Below are positions 14,901 through 23,379 of a stretch of 24,000 nucleotides of DNA, piece by piece. The notes below the pieces were generated by a model. It was given only the letters and a program-made list of their open reading frames with translations. It was not told the DNA's origin and did not search any database. Position 1 is the stretch's first letter, and each line of letters begins with the position of its first letter. Origin of the DNA: Marinobacter sp. S0848L (GTDB lineage: Bacteria; Pseudomonadota; Gammaproteobacteria; Pseudomonadales; Oleiphilaceae); the NCBI RefSeq assembly GCF_023016065.1, contig NZ_JALKAQ010000004.1:16462-40461 (forward strand), read 5' to 3'. The translations under genes were made by a program, and so were the position numbers.

Positions 14901-15923
14901 ATGGATATGTCGACGCCCCTCGCATTGGAGGTGCCGATCATTTCGGCACGTTACGCTCGCCGTTTTGTTCATTTTATGGAAAAGCGCGGCGTAAAACGAA
15001 ACACCATTTTGACGAAAACCGGCATTACCGATGAACTGCTCAACAATCCTGAAGCCAGCCTGTCTATGACGCAGGTGCTTGAGCTGCTCCGACAGGCCGA
15101 CTGGCTAATGGCCGATGAGCGTGCGCCCTTTGAATTTGGCAAACAACTGGACCTGCCCTGCCACGGACTTCTAGGGTTCGCCATGCTGGAACAAGAAAAC
15201 CCCAGGCGCCTAGTTAGCATGATCGTACAATACTTGCGCGTTGGGCTTCCGCTCATGGATATGGAACTGGCATCTACGGGCTCCACCTTTCGCCTGAAGC
15301 TGATCGACACCTGGGGCGTCGACGATCTTAAAGCCTGTCTGGTGAAAATCTACATGGGCAGTATTTATCGTGTTTCGTGCCAGGTCTGTAGCCACTTCAC
15401 CTTCCGGTTCGATTTCCCTAGCAACCTTCCGCTGGAAAACTGGGAACTGCTCGCACCAAATTGCGAGTTCATCTTTGACGCCAACACCAACGAAGTCACC
15501 ATCCCCTTAAAAGGCGCGCCGGTTCGAAAAGACGATTCTAATCTGGAATTTCTGGTCGCGAGAACCCGCCACTCCCAGTCACAAAAACGGGTGGAATGTG
15601 ATGAAACCGTGCAACAGGTCCGGGAACTGATTATGAGTCAGCCCGGCCGCCCCTGCACCACCCAAAACCTTGCTCGCCGGCTGGACATGAGCCCAAGAAC
15701 ACTTCGCCAGCACTTGGCGAAGGCCGGCACATCATTCCGCGAGCTTCGGAACGAAATACGTGAAAGCTTTGCCACTTTGTATTTAAAAGACACCAACGTA
15801 TCGCTGGAATCCATCTCTGAAAAACTGGGGTTCAGTGATCAAGCCGGCTTCACCAAAGCGTACCGATCCTGGACAGGGCAAACCCCCGGTGATGTCCGAA
15901 AGAAAGCCCGAAACAAAAAGTGA
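14901..15923 (+). CDS. AraC family transcriptional regulator (N-terminal effector-binding domain, C-terminal double HTH)
   Basis: 340 aa. The C-terminus TQNLARRLDMSPRTLRQHLAKAGTSFRELRNEIRESFATLYLKDTNVSLESISEKLGFSDQAGFTKAYRSWTGQTPGDVR is a canonical AraC/XylS HTH pair. Confidence 0.85.
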   Translation: MDMSTPLALEVPIISARYARRFVHFMEKRGVKRNTILTKTGITDELLNNPEASLSMTQVLELLRQADWLMADERAPFEFGKQLDLPCHGLLGFAMLEQENPRRLVSMIVQYLRVGLPLMDMELASTGSTFRLKLIDTWGVDDLKACLVKIYMGSIYRVSCQVCSHFTFRFDFPSNLPLENWELLAPNCEFIFDANTNEVTIPLKGAPVRKDDSNLEFLVARTRHSQSQKRVECDETVQQVRELIMSQPGRPCTTQNLARRLDMSPRTLRQHLAKAGTSFRELRNEIRESFATLYLKDTNVSLESISEKLGFSDQAGFTKAYRSWTGQTPGDVRKKARNKK

Positions 15924-15997
15924 GCAAAGTCTCTTCACCTTGATGTCGTTCACGGTTTGAGCAAAATCCTGCCCCCACTACCGCTTTAGACAAAAAT

Positions 15998-16024
15998 GGT
16001 GCCGTCACCCGCAATGACGGCACC
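15998..16024. terminator. GC-rich hairpin (10-bp stem) between the araC-type gene and the secreted-protein gene
   Basis: ggtgccgtca-cccgcaa-tgacggcacc. On the plus strand it is preceded by caaaaat and followed by tcctcc, with no U-run. Only the minus-strand reading gives a trailing U-run (auuuuug). Confidence 0.3.
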
Positions 16025-16165
16025 TCCTCCTTCCCCGTCTAATAACCCTGCAATTGTGGGCTCAACGCCTATGACCAAGGGAACTACGCAAGTCCGATCG
16101 AATGCCCTCATCGGTGATGTCTGCAACCTAACGACAACAATGACCGCAAGACAGAGGACGAATGA

Positions 16166-17986
16166 ATGAAACTCAGTAACCTCAATACCAACGTGCGCAA
16201 GCTCGGCCCCGCCGTAGCCGCTGCAGCACTGATGGCTGGTGGTGCGAGCAACGCAGCAGCAGAACAAGTCTCAACCGAACTGGCCTTTGAATGTCCGTTT
16301 CCGCTGATTGGCACCCAACCCATTCGCGCGCAAATCAGTGCTGACATTCCCGCCGTAGCATCTGTGGGTGAACCAACCCCACAATTTGAAGTGACTGCGA
16401 TTACCGTGGTCAATGACGATGCCCGCACCGGTTTGAAACTCGTTGGCTCCGAAACCGTCGAAGGCGTCGCCACAAGCACAAACAACATCATTACGGCTGG
16501 CCGTGCTCTGGAGCAAATTGTCACCCTGCAGATTCCGCCTACCGCTATTCCTGCCGAAACTGGCGAGTTCAATGTGCCAGCCTCGGGTGTGGCGCCCGAA
16601 ATCCTGTTCACCGCCGATGACATCGGCCAGGCTGAAATTCGCGTTGGCGCTTTACAGCTCGAGCTGATCGCGCGTACCGCGAACGGTGACATTGCTCCAG
16701 CACCCATCGGTGAAATCACCACCGACTGTGTGCAGCTGCCGAACCAGAACAACCTTCTACAAACCATCACCGTCGCTGGTGAGGTCGTCGAAACACCGCG
16801 CATCAGCGTGGATACTCAAGAACTGGCCTTTGGTTCCGTACAGGCAGGTTTGAGCGCTCAGCAGTCTGTTTCTATCCTCAGCACCGGCAGTGCCGCGCTG
16901 GGTATCAACAACATCAGCATCAGCGGCCCTGATGCGCAACTGTTTACCCAAACCAGTGATTGCGGCTCTTCCCTGGCTCCAGATGCATCTTGTAGCGTTA
17001 ACGTAACCTTCGCACCAAGCACCGACGGCACGCGTAACGCCACTCTCACCATTGAGTCTACCGATGCCGACAAGCCAAGCATCGACGTTGCCCTATCAGG
17101 CCGAGGCACTCTGGCACCTACACCTGAAATTGCCGTTACCCCGGGTTCTGTAGATTTGGGCCGCGTCCAGGTTGGCACCAGCAAATCAGAGCAAGTGAGC
17201 ATTGCCAACAACGGCAACGCCGCTTTGCAGATCGACAGCATTGCGCTGACAGGCTCCAATGCCAGCGACTTCACCCAAACCAACAACTGCACCACGGTCG
17301 CTGCGGGTGCTAGCTGCTCTGTCGAGCTGAACTACACAGCGGGCGCTGCTGGCGTGAGCACCGCAGCCCTGGTGATCCGCTCCAGCGATACCGAAAATGC
17401 CGAAGTGACTGTACCTGTCACCGTTGAAGCCTTTGAAGAACCCACAGGCGGCACTGAGCTTGAGCTGCTATTGGGCCTTGAAGGTTCCACTCTAATCGCC
17501 GCGAATGGTGGCAGCCTGCCACTGAACGGCACTATCGCCACGTTGCTTGATCTGGCCTCTGGTACTTTCGAAGCAGACACTCAGGTGAACCCAACGTCTG
17601 GCAACTTCACCATCAAGGTACTGTGGAGCAAGATGCACGCAGCGGCCAACGTTGAATTCGAGCAAGCCGGGCTGACCACCGGCTCTCTGGTCGATGGCAA
17701 GCTGACTGCTAACTCCCCGCTTTACGTGAAAGTGCCCAAGGTTGCGATCAAACTCTTCGGCCTGCCAGTGCGCATCGGTGGGGGCGATCAGTGCCGCACC
17801 AGCACTCCGGTTGATATTCAGCTGACAAGCCCCGAAGGCTCAAACTTCTCGCCAGCAACCGGCGGCAACGTAACCGGTGTTTACGACCTGCCACCGCTTG
17901 AGAACTGTGGCCTGCTGACCAGCGTGTTGAACAAGTTCATGTCTGGCCCAGGCAACACCATCAACCTGAACCTGACGCCACAATAA
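16166..17986 (+). CDS. secreted multidomain protein: DUF6801-like N-terminal domain, two tandem choice-of-anchor-D-like Ig-type domains, uncharacterised C-terminal domain
   Basis: 606 aa with an AGAGGA SD 7 nt upstream. The Sec signal is AAAALMAGGASNAAA|EQ. The N-terminal domain FECPFPLIGTQPIRAQISADIPAVASVGEPTPQFEVTA...TVEG resembles what I recall of DUF6801. There are two roughly 100-aa repeats with the pattern FG.V..G.S....V.I.N.G.A.L.I..I...G.....F.QT..C...L....SC.V.V.F.P. Confidence 0.75.
   Translation: MKLSNLNTNVRKLGPAVAAAALMAGGASNAAAEQVSTELAFECPFPLIGTQPIRAQISADIPAVASVGEPTPQFEVTAITVVNDDARTGLKLVGSETVEGVATSTNNIITAGRALEQIVTLQIPPTAIPAETGEFNVPASGVAPEILFTADDIGQAEIRVGALQLELIARTANGDIAPAPIGEITTDCVQLPNQNNLLQTITVAGEVVETPRISVDTQELAFGSVQAGLSAQQSVSILSTGSAALGINNISISGPDAQLFTQTSDCGSSLAPDASCSVNVTFAPSTDGTRNATLTIESTDADKPSIDVALSGRGTLAPTPEIAVTPGSVDLGRVQVGTSKSEQVSIANNGNAALQIDSIALTGSNASDFTQTNNCTTVAAGASCSVELNYTAGAAGVSTAALVIRSSDTENAEVTVPVTVEAFEEPTGGTELELLLGLEGSTLIAANGGSLPLNGTIATLLDLASGTFEADTQVNPTSGNFTIKVLWSKMHAAANVEFEQAGLTTGSLVDGKLTANSPLYVKVPKVAIKLFGLPVRIGGGDQCRTSTPVDIQLTSPEGSNFSPATGGNVTGVYDLPPLENCGLLTSVLNKFMSGPGNTINLNLTPQ
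16796..17428 (+). repeat. two tandem ~100-aa intragenic domain repeats (aa ~211-314 and ~320-421)
   Basis: Repeat 1 is PRISVDTQELAFGSVQAGLSAQQSVSILSTGSAALGINNISISGPDAQLFTQTSDCGSSLAPDASCSVNVTFAPSTDGTRNATLTIESTD. Repeat 2 is EIAVTPGSVDLGRVQVGTSKSEQVSIANNGNAALQIDSIALTGSNASDFTQTNNCTTVAAGASCSVELNYTAGAAGVSTAALVIRSSD. Confidence 0.8.
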
Positions 17987-17998
17987 GTTCGAAAAGTT

Positions 17999-18045
17999 CC
18001 GGCTATGCCGGGAATCGGTCACAACCGGCATAGCCGGTTGTGACC
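17999..18045 (+). promoter_or_regulatory. intercistronic stem-loop cluster with mutually exclusive pairings
   Basis: There is a perfect 13-bp inverted repeat ggtcacaaccggc-ata-gccggttgtgacc at 18017-18045. In addition, ccggctatgccgg (17999-18011) is self-complementary and is also the exact complement of ccggcatagccgg (18025-18037). No U-run follows. Confidence 0.5.
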
Positions 18046-18086
18046 TACAAGCACGACAATAAAAGCAAAAAACAAGGAATACTGAT

Positions 18087-18932
18087 ATGAAAAGCCTGAA
18101 AAAAACCGCGTTAGTGCTGGCTGTCGCTGGGCTCCCGTTAGTCGCCCACGCAGACCTCAAGCCACTCGAAGATGCTCACATGAGCAATGTGACCGGCCAG
18201 GCCGGCGTGACCATTGAGCTGGAAACAAAGCTCTCCATCGATGAATTCATCTACACCGATGAAGGCTCCTTCTCGATCAAAGACATCAAGATCGGGGGTG
18301 CCAATCGCACGGACCTGTTTGAAGAAATCACCGATTTCCGTGACATCATGTTCGGTGGAGCCAACGACCTCATTGATAACATCAAGATCGACATCGATGT
18401 TGAAGCAGACGGTGATGCCGTCATCAACATCTGGCCCCTCACCGCAGCGCCGATCGACTTTGGCGTAAGCACGGGTGACTGGACCCTGCAAGGTGCTACC
18501 GATTCCACTCTGCTCGCCAGCAACTTCAGCATGGTGGGTGCGTTTACCAAAGTGGGTATCCGCGTTGATACCGCCACCGACAAGCTTAACCTGAAGACTC
18601 AGGTTGGTATCTCTGATCTGGATGTCGATGTCGACTTCCTGGCTCTGGGTATTCGCGACCTGAAAATGACGGGTGCTGACTATATGGGCACCAAACTCGA
18701 CGGTTCTGCAGCGAACCCAAGTGTCCTGACTCTGGGCGCGAATATCGACATGGACGTGTATAAGTCCACCCGTTTGGCCGATCCCACCCAAGACGCTCTG
18801 GCGATCGATCTGAATACCTTTGCGGCAGACATGTCGATTGGTGATGTATTGGTTGGCGGAACCTCCATCGGGTCCGTCATGCTAGACAACCTGGTGGTTG
18901 ATAACACCCAATTGCGGATTTACGGTCACTAA
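18087..18932 (+). CDS. DUF6160-like secreted protein (FilA-like N-terminal motif)
   Basis: 281 aa. The signal peptide is KKTALVLAVAGLPLVAHA|D. The conserved-looking N-terminal motif LKPLEDAHMSNVTGQAGVTIE is followed by an acidic, Asp/Ile-rich sequence of beta-strand character. It lies 100 nt downstream of the 606-aa gene. Confidence 0.6.
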   Translation: MKSLKKTALVLAVAGLPLVAHADLKPLEDAHMSNVTGQAGVTIELETKLSIDEFIYTDEGSFSIKDIKIGGANRTDLFEEITDFRDIMFGGANDLIDNIKIDIDVEADGDAVINIWPLTAAPIDFGVSTGDWTLQGATDSTLLASNFSMVGAFTKVGIRVDTATDKLNLKTQVGISDLDVDVDFLALGIRDLKMTGADYMGTKLDGSAANPSVLTLGANIDMDVYKSTRLADPTQDALAIDLNTFAADMSIGDVLVGGTSIGSVMLDNLVVDNTQLRIYGH

Positions 18933-19501
18933 GTTCGTGCCAGAGGGCTCGGCGACCCCGAGCCCTCTTTATTCAAAGGAAATCGGTTCAATACGGTATA
19001 AACCGAACCGTCTGGCCCCTGGGTACTGTCATACAGCACGAACGCCCGAACGGTCATGGTACCAAAGCCTTTTTCACCGGTCGCGTCAATCAAGCGTTGA
19101 ACCGAGCCGGCATCCCGTCCGAAACGGCTCAGCGTAATGTGTGGCTGAAAACTTCGATGCTCGACACTGAACCCCATTGCCAGCAAGCTATCCCGCAACT
19201 GCCGGTACAGATGAGCTACCGGGGTTTCCGGAGACACTCCTGCCCAGAGGATCTTCGGTCGCTGTGGTGTGCCAAAACACCCCAGCCCTCTGATCGTTAA
19301 TTCAAATGGTTTTTCCGAAACGGCTTGGGCCGCGTCAAACAAACGGGTCATGGCTTCGTCTGGCACGTTTCCTAAAAACGCCAAGGTCAGATGCAGCTGT
19401 TCAAAACTTTGCCATCGCGCACTCTGAACCGGCGTGTGCACAGTCAGCAAACGCCGTTTGATGTCCGGCGCAATCTCAACACCAAAAAACACCTTCGGCA
19501 T
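18929..19501 (-). CDS. thpR: RNA 2',3'-cyclic phosphodiesterase (2H phosphoesterase, ThpR/LigT)
   Basis: 190 aa from ATG 19501 (MPKVFFGVEI...). It has two HxT/SxL motifs, HLTLAFLG and HITLSRF. The 57-codon upstream extension in the ORF track was discarded because it lacks any family signature. Confidence 0.8.
   Translation of the reverse strand: MPKVFFGVEIAPDIKRRLLTVHTPVQSARWQSFEQLHLTLAFLGNVPDEAMTRLFDAAQAVSEKPFELTIRGLGCFGTPQRPKILWAGVSPETPVAHLYRQLRDSLLAMGFSVEHRSFQPHITLSRFGRDAGSVQRLIDATGEKGFGTMTVRAFVLYDSTQGPDGSVYTVLNRFPLNKEGSGSPSPLART
18942..18972 (+). terminator. rho-independent terminator after the DUF6160-like gene
   Basis: agagggctcgg-cgacc-ccgagccctct (11-bp stem) is followed by tttatt and begins 10 nt after the stop codon. 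Confidence 0.7.
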
Positions 19502-19625
19502 ACGTGGCCTCCTTTGGGCAACTGAGCCAATGGCAAGCCATCGCCACTCTGAAATAGTTGCCATAATAAGAACATAACGCCAGCATATTATGCATCGAAA
19601 CACGAGGCACCCATAAGGAACTCCC

Positions 19626-20681
19626 ATGCTCTGGATCTTGCTCGCCATCGTTGTACTGCTCGTTGTTGCCACTTTCCTGTTATTTCGGGTTCAGGATCTT
19701 TCGCACTTTGACGGCAACGAGTGGGCCACCCATGAAGTCGCCCCTCACCCCGCACACGACGAAGTGCTCTCACGGATAAAAGAAATGGGGCGTGCGTCCA
19801 AAGGACTTAAGGGAAAAGCCAGATTAGCAGCGGTGCGTAACCATTTTGATCGCATAGGGGCAGAGGCAAACATCGAGTCTGAGGTTCGCCCCTGCGAGCA
19901 GCCCAAAGGCGAGTGGGTGATTGCGCCGGGGGTGAACACCCAACGCAGAGTGCTCTACATTCATGGCGGCGCTTGGTCTGTTGGTAGCCCGACCAGCCAT
20001 CGCGCGGTGACCAATCGATTCTCTCAAATTGCCAACGCCGCGGTGTTTGCTGTGGATTATCGATTAATGCCGGAACATCGCTTTATGGACGGCATCATCG
20101 ATTGTCGGGAAGCCTATACCTGGCTTCTTCACCACGGTCCCGACGACGAATCCGAAGCGGAGTTTATGGTTGTGGCCGGGGATTCTGCCGGTGGCAGTCA
20201 CACCCTGTCTTTGATTGCCTGGTTACGCGATAGCGGTTTACGCCAAGCCGACGCCGCGGTCGCGCTGTCTCCATCCACAGACCTCACGCTAACCGCACCC
20301 AGCAACCGGGATAACATTAGAAGCGATGCCATGCTCGGTCCGGTTTTTGGGGGACTTTCGAAAGTGCCCCTGCCCGTGCTGTGGTGGGGCACTCTTGCCG
20401 CCTTTCGGCTGTCACCCACCAATCCCGTTGCGTCGCCACTAAGAGGGAGTCTTGCGAATCTCCCTCCTACCCTGATTCACGCCAGCACCACGGAAATGCT
20501 GCTGGATAATGCGGCCCGATACGCCGCAAAAGCCAGATCGGAAGGGTCTCCGGTGGAGCTGCACACCTGGCAGAACATGGTTCATGTCTGGCAGATATTC
20601 ACCCCGCTGTTACCTCAGGCCGAGGAAGCCTTCGACGACATCGCACACTTTCTGGAGCGGGTCGAGGCAGGCTCTCAGTAG
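19626..20681 (+). CDS. alpha/beta hydrolase, hormone-sensitive-lipase-like esterase family, N-terminal TM anchor
   Basis: 351 aa with an AAGGA SD. The TM is LWILLAIVVLLVVATFLLF. The oxyanion motif is YIHGGAWSVGS and the nucleophile elbow is GDSAGG. The C-terminal His region reads HTWQNMVHVW. Confidence 0.8.
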   Translation: MLWILLAIVVLLVVATFLLFRVQDLSHFDGNEWATHEVAPHPAHDEVLSRIKEMGRASKGLKGKARLAAVRNHFDRIGAEANIESEVRPCEQPKGEWVIAPGVNTQRRVLYIHGGAWSVGSPTSHRAVTNRFSQIANAAVFAVDYRLMPEHRFMDGIIDCREAYTWLLHHGPDDESEAEFMVVAGDSAGGSHTLSLIAWLRDSGLRQADAAVALSPSTDLTLTAPSNRDNIRSDAMLGPVFGGLSKVPLPVLWWGTLAAFRLSPTNPVASPLRGSLANLPPTLIHASTTEMLLDNAARYAAKARSEGSPVELHTWQNMVHVWQIFTPLLPQAEEAFDDIAHFLERVEAGSQ

Positions 20682-20701
20682 CCAGCCTTTGACACTAGCA
20701 G

Positions 20702-20732
20702 GCCCGGATCAGCTATTGGCCCGGGCTTTTTT
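20702..20732 (+). terminator. possible intrinsic terminator after the hydrolase gene
   Basis: gcccgg (20702-20707) pairs with ccgggc (20721-20726) across a 13-nt loop and is followed by tttttt. It overlaps the last codons of the convergent DUF4442 gene. Confidence 0.4.
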
Positions 20733-21194
20733 CTTTCGGACGTATAGAACCTTATTTACTTTCGCGACAACCTCACCGGATTCATCGACAACATCGAGGG
20801 TCCACTCCGGCAGGTATTTATCACCGCTTGCCGTTGCCTGCCGGATTTCCTCCAGCCTCTCTTCAGTCAGCTCAAAATGAGCCGTCACACGGCCTTTACC
20901 CGGCCTGACGAATTCGATGCTCGCTGCTTTGTCCCACACCACATAGTCGTTGCCCAACTTGCGCATGAGCAGAAGCATGTACATGGGGTCCACCATGCTG
21001 TAGAGCGAACCGCCGAAATGGGTGCCCACGTAATTGGTGTTGTACCAACGTTGCTTCATTTCGACCGTGGCGGTGGAGAAATCATCTGCGATATGGGTCG
21101 CCTTGATGCCGGCACCCAGGTATGGCGCAAAGGTATTCATCACATGGCGCATCGAGCTGGCACTGGCAAACCAGCGGCGAATCGTTGAATTCAT
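20709..21194 (-). CDS. DUF4442 / hotdog-fold (thioesterase-like) protein
   Basis: 161 aa from ATG 21194, with a GAGGA SD 5 nt upstream; the ORF track starts at a TTG at 21209. [18 protein letters not shown]....[29 protein letters not shown]...[14 protein letters not shown] is as I recall for DUF4442. Confidence 0.65.
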   Translation of the reverse strand: MNSTIRRWFASASSMRHVMNTFAPYLGAGIKATHIADDFSTATVEMKQRWYNTNYVGTHFGGSLYSMVDPMYMLLLMRKLGNDYVVWDKAASIEFVRPGKGRVTAHFELTEERLEEIRQATASGDKYLPEWTLDVVDESGEVVAKVNKVLYVRKKKARANS

Positions 21195-21295
21195 AGAGTT
21201 CCTCGACAAATTGAGTAGCTAGCAAGCGTTCGAAAGCCCGCTATCTTCCTGCAAGATAATCGAAGACTCAACCTAATTTCATACAACCGTTTGAA

Positions 21296-21904
21296 TTATT
21301 CCAGGCCCACTAAGGCAAGCTGCAGGGCAATAGCCAACATCATCAACCCGATCAAGCCATCGATAACGCGCCAAACTCTCGGGCGTGAAAGAATCGGCGC
21401 CATCGACGATCCAAACCACGCCAGCCCCCCGAACCACAACACAGATGCACTGCTTGCGCCGACCAAAAACCCATTGGTACTTGGTTGTTGCGCACCCACT
21501 GAAGGCACCAGCAGCAAGGTGTCTAAATACACCTGTGGATTAAGTAACGTCACGGCCAGCGTGGTCAGCAGGACGCCTTGCAAGCTGCGTCGCTCTTGCT
21601 GCTTTGCGGTCAGTGCCGCTCGGCCCCAGCCAACCCGAATGAACGCCTGAACCGCCAGCCAGCCCAAGAACACCACACCCAGCCAGCGTAGAATCTCCAA
21701 GCCTTGCGGCATCGCAGTCAGCGCAGCGGATACGCCAAACATCCCCAAAGTGAACAGCACGATATCCGAGATCATGCACACTCCGGCAGTCCACCAGTGA
21801 TGCTCTTGGCGAATGGACTGGCTGAGCACATACGCATTCTGGGCGCCAATGGCCACGATCAGGCCACCACCCACTAACAAACCGGTTACATAGCTTTCAA
21901 ACAC
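21296..21904 (-). CDS. LysE/ArgO family amino-acid exporter
   Basis: 202 aa with a GTG start. GLLVGGGLIVAIGAQNAYVLSQSIR is the LysE-family N-terminal signature. About six TM helices are present. Confidence 0.8.
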   Translation of the reverse strand: MFESYVTGLLVGGGLIVAIGAQNAYVLSQSIRQEHHWWTAGVCMISDIVLFTLGMFGVSAALTAMPQGLEILRWLGVVFLGWLAVQAFIRVGWGRAALTAKQQERRSLQGVLLTTLAVTLLNPQVYLDTLLLVPSVGAQQPSTNGFLVGASSASVLWFGGLAWFGSSMAPILSRPRVWRVIDGLIGLMMLAIALQLALVGLE

Positions 21905-21936
21905 AGGTTATCTCTACCGTCTCGAGTCAAAAGAGA

Positions 21937-22521
21937 TTATCGGCGAACACCGAACCATGAGGGGTAATTCAATAAGAAATACAAGGCGAGCATATCGTAA
22001 ATGGCATGCCAAACCATGACCATAGCCATACTCCCACTGAGCTGATAACCGGTGCCCAGGATCAGGCCCAGCCCTGTGGCCATCACGAAGTACGTTAAAG
22101 AAACGTAGTGCACCAAGCCAAACAACAGTGACGCGGCAATCACTGCGGTCCAAGGCCCTGTGTGCTGCAGCAACCAGCCTTGGACAGCGCCTCTAAATAA
22201 CAACTCTTCCCCGACACCGGCCAGTAACGACAACAACACCAGTGCTGGCCAACGGTAACTGGCCGCAAACTCGTACAAAGCCTGCATCTGATCACTGAGG
22301 TTATCCGGGAACAGCCAGGTGAGTTTGGTCAACTGCAACAGCAACAGATAGGTGATCGCGGCACCAACAACGCCGTACAAAACCGCTTTAGCCAATTCCA
22401 GCTCGCCCGTTGACAACGGGATATCAAACAGCCAAAGCGCGAAGGCTCCAACGACGCCAATACCGCCCTGAAATAACAAGGCGGTGACAGGCGAGATAGA
22501 GGAGCCTTGGCGCTGGGTCAT
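21937..22521 (-). CDS. CPBP family intramembrane glutamic endopeptidase (CAAX protease-like)
   Basis: 194 aa, polytopic. Motif 1 is GVGEELLFRGAVQGWL and motif 2 is SLLFGLVH. Confidence 0.8.
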   Translation of the reverse strand: MTQRQGSSISPVTALLFQGGIGVVGAFALWLFDIPLSTGELELAKAVLYGVVGAAITYLLLLQLTKLTWLFPDNLSDQMQALYEFAASYRWPALVLLSLLAGVGEELLFRGAVQGWLLQHTGPWTAVIAASLLFGLVHYVSLTYFVMATGLGLILGTGYQLSGSMAMVMVWHAIYDMLALYFLLNYPSWFGVRR

Positions 22522-22524
22522 AAA

Positions 22525-23379
22525 TCAGCTGGAGAACAGATCCTTGATCGGAAACAGGTCATCGTAGGCCGGAGCCTGTTTCTGAGCCTTGGCCTGGAAG
22601 GTTTTCATCATATCGGTTGGGCGGAACATACCGGCCTGCCAGGTAGCCATGTACTTCAGGCTGTCTTCGACGCTGTGGTCACGGCTGAAGTTCAGCATTT
22701 CTTTACAGCCGGTCACCGCCAGCGGCGAATTGGCAGCAATTTGTGCGGCGATCCCCAGCACGGCCTCGACCATTTTTTCCTGACTGTCGTACACACTGTT
22801 CACAAAACCAAGACGCTGGGCTTCTTCGGCACCAAACTTCCGGCCGGTGTAGGCCAGTTCGCGCACCACGCCTTCAGGCATCAGCTTCGGCAAGCGCTGC
22901 AATGTGCCCACGTCTGCGGTCATACCCAGTTCGGTTTCTTTAATCGTGAAATAAGCATCTTTGGTGCAGTAGCGGCTGTCGGCAGCACACACCAAATCCA
23001 GCGCGCCACCAATGCAGCCACCGTGTACCGCTGCCAGCACAGGCAAACGCACTTTTTCCAGTGACGTCAGCGTGTCTTGCAGCTGTAAAACCACGCGGCG
23101 CAAATTTTCGGCCATACGGCCCGGGTCGCCACTCATGGGCACAGATTTCGGATCAGAAAACACCGCCAGATCCATGCCGGCAGAGAAGTGCTTTCCGGTA
23201 GAGGAAATTACGATCGCCCGGGCACTGGTGTTGGTTTCGATGTCCTGCACGCAACGGGGCAGCTCCAACCAGAACGCTTTGTTCATGGAGTTCATCGCCT
23301 CCGGGCGACTGAACTGAACGTGTGCAACGTGGTCTTTGACTTCGATATTAAAGCTTTCGTAGGTGGCGAGTTCCGACAC
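22525..23379 (-). CDS. enoyl-CoA hydratase/isomerase (crotonase) family protein, dienoyl-CoA-isomerase-like
   Basis: 284 aa with a GTG start and an AAGGAG SD 7 nt upstream. RPEAMNSMNKAFW.EL......I......RAIVISSTGKHFSAGMDL and AAVHGGCIGGALDLVCAADSRYC are crotonase-fold signatures. Confidence 0.85.
   Translation of the reverse strand: MSELATYESFNIEVKDHVAHVQFSRPEAMNSMNKAFWLELPRCVQDIETNTSARAIVISSTGKHFSAGMDLAVFSDPKSVPMSGDPGRMAENLRRVVLQLQDTLTSLEKVRLPVLAAVHGGCIGGALDLVCAADSRYCTKDAYFTIKETELGMTADVGTLQRLPKLMPEGVVRELAYTGRKFGAEEAQRLGFVNSVYDSQEKMVEAVLGIAAQIAANSPLAVTGCKEMLNFSRDHSVEDSLKYMATWQAGMFRPTDMMKTFQAKAQKQAPAYDDLFPIKDLFSS

Noticed and set aside
16108-18791. Long antisense ORFs opposite the two secreted-protein genes (16108..16803, 16858..17295, 18138..18791, 18251..18583)
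   Set aside because: They lie opposite ORFs that have clear signal peptides and domain repeats. Their Ser/Ala/Val-rich composition mirrors the sense strand, and no start context supports them.
19502-19672. 57-codon N-terminal extension of the thpR ORF as given in the ORF track
   Set aside because: The extension overlaps the divergent hydrolase start region and has an implausible sequence (MATTSSTTMASKIQSMGVPYGCLVFRCIICW...). The conserved ThpR core begins at MPKVFFGVE, at ATG 19501.
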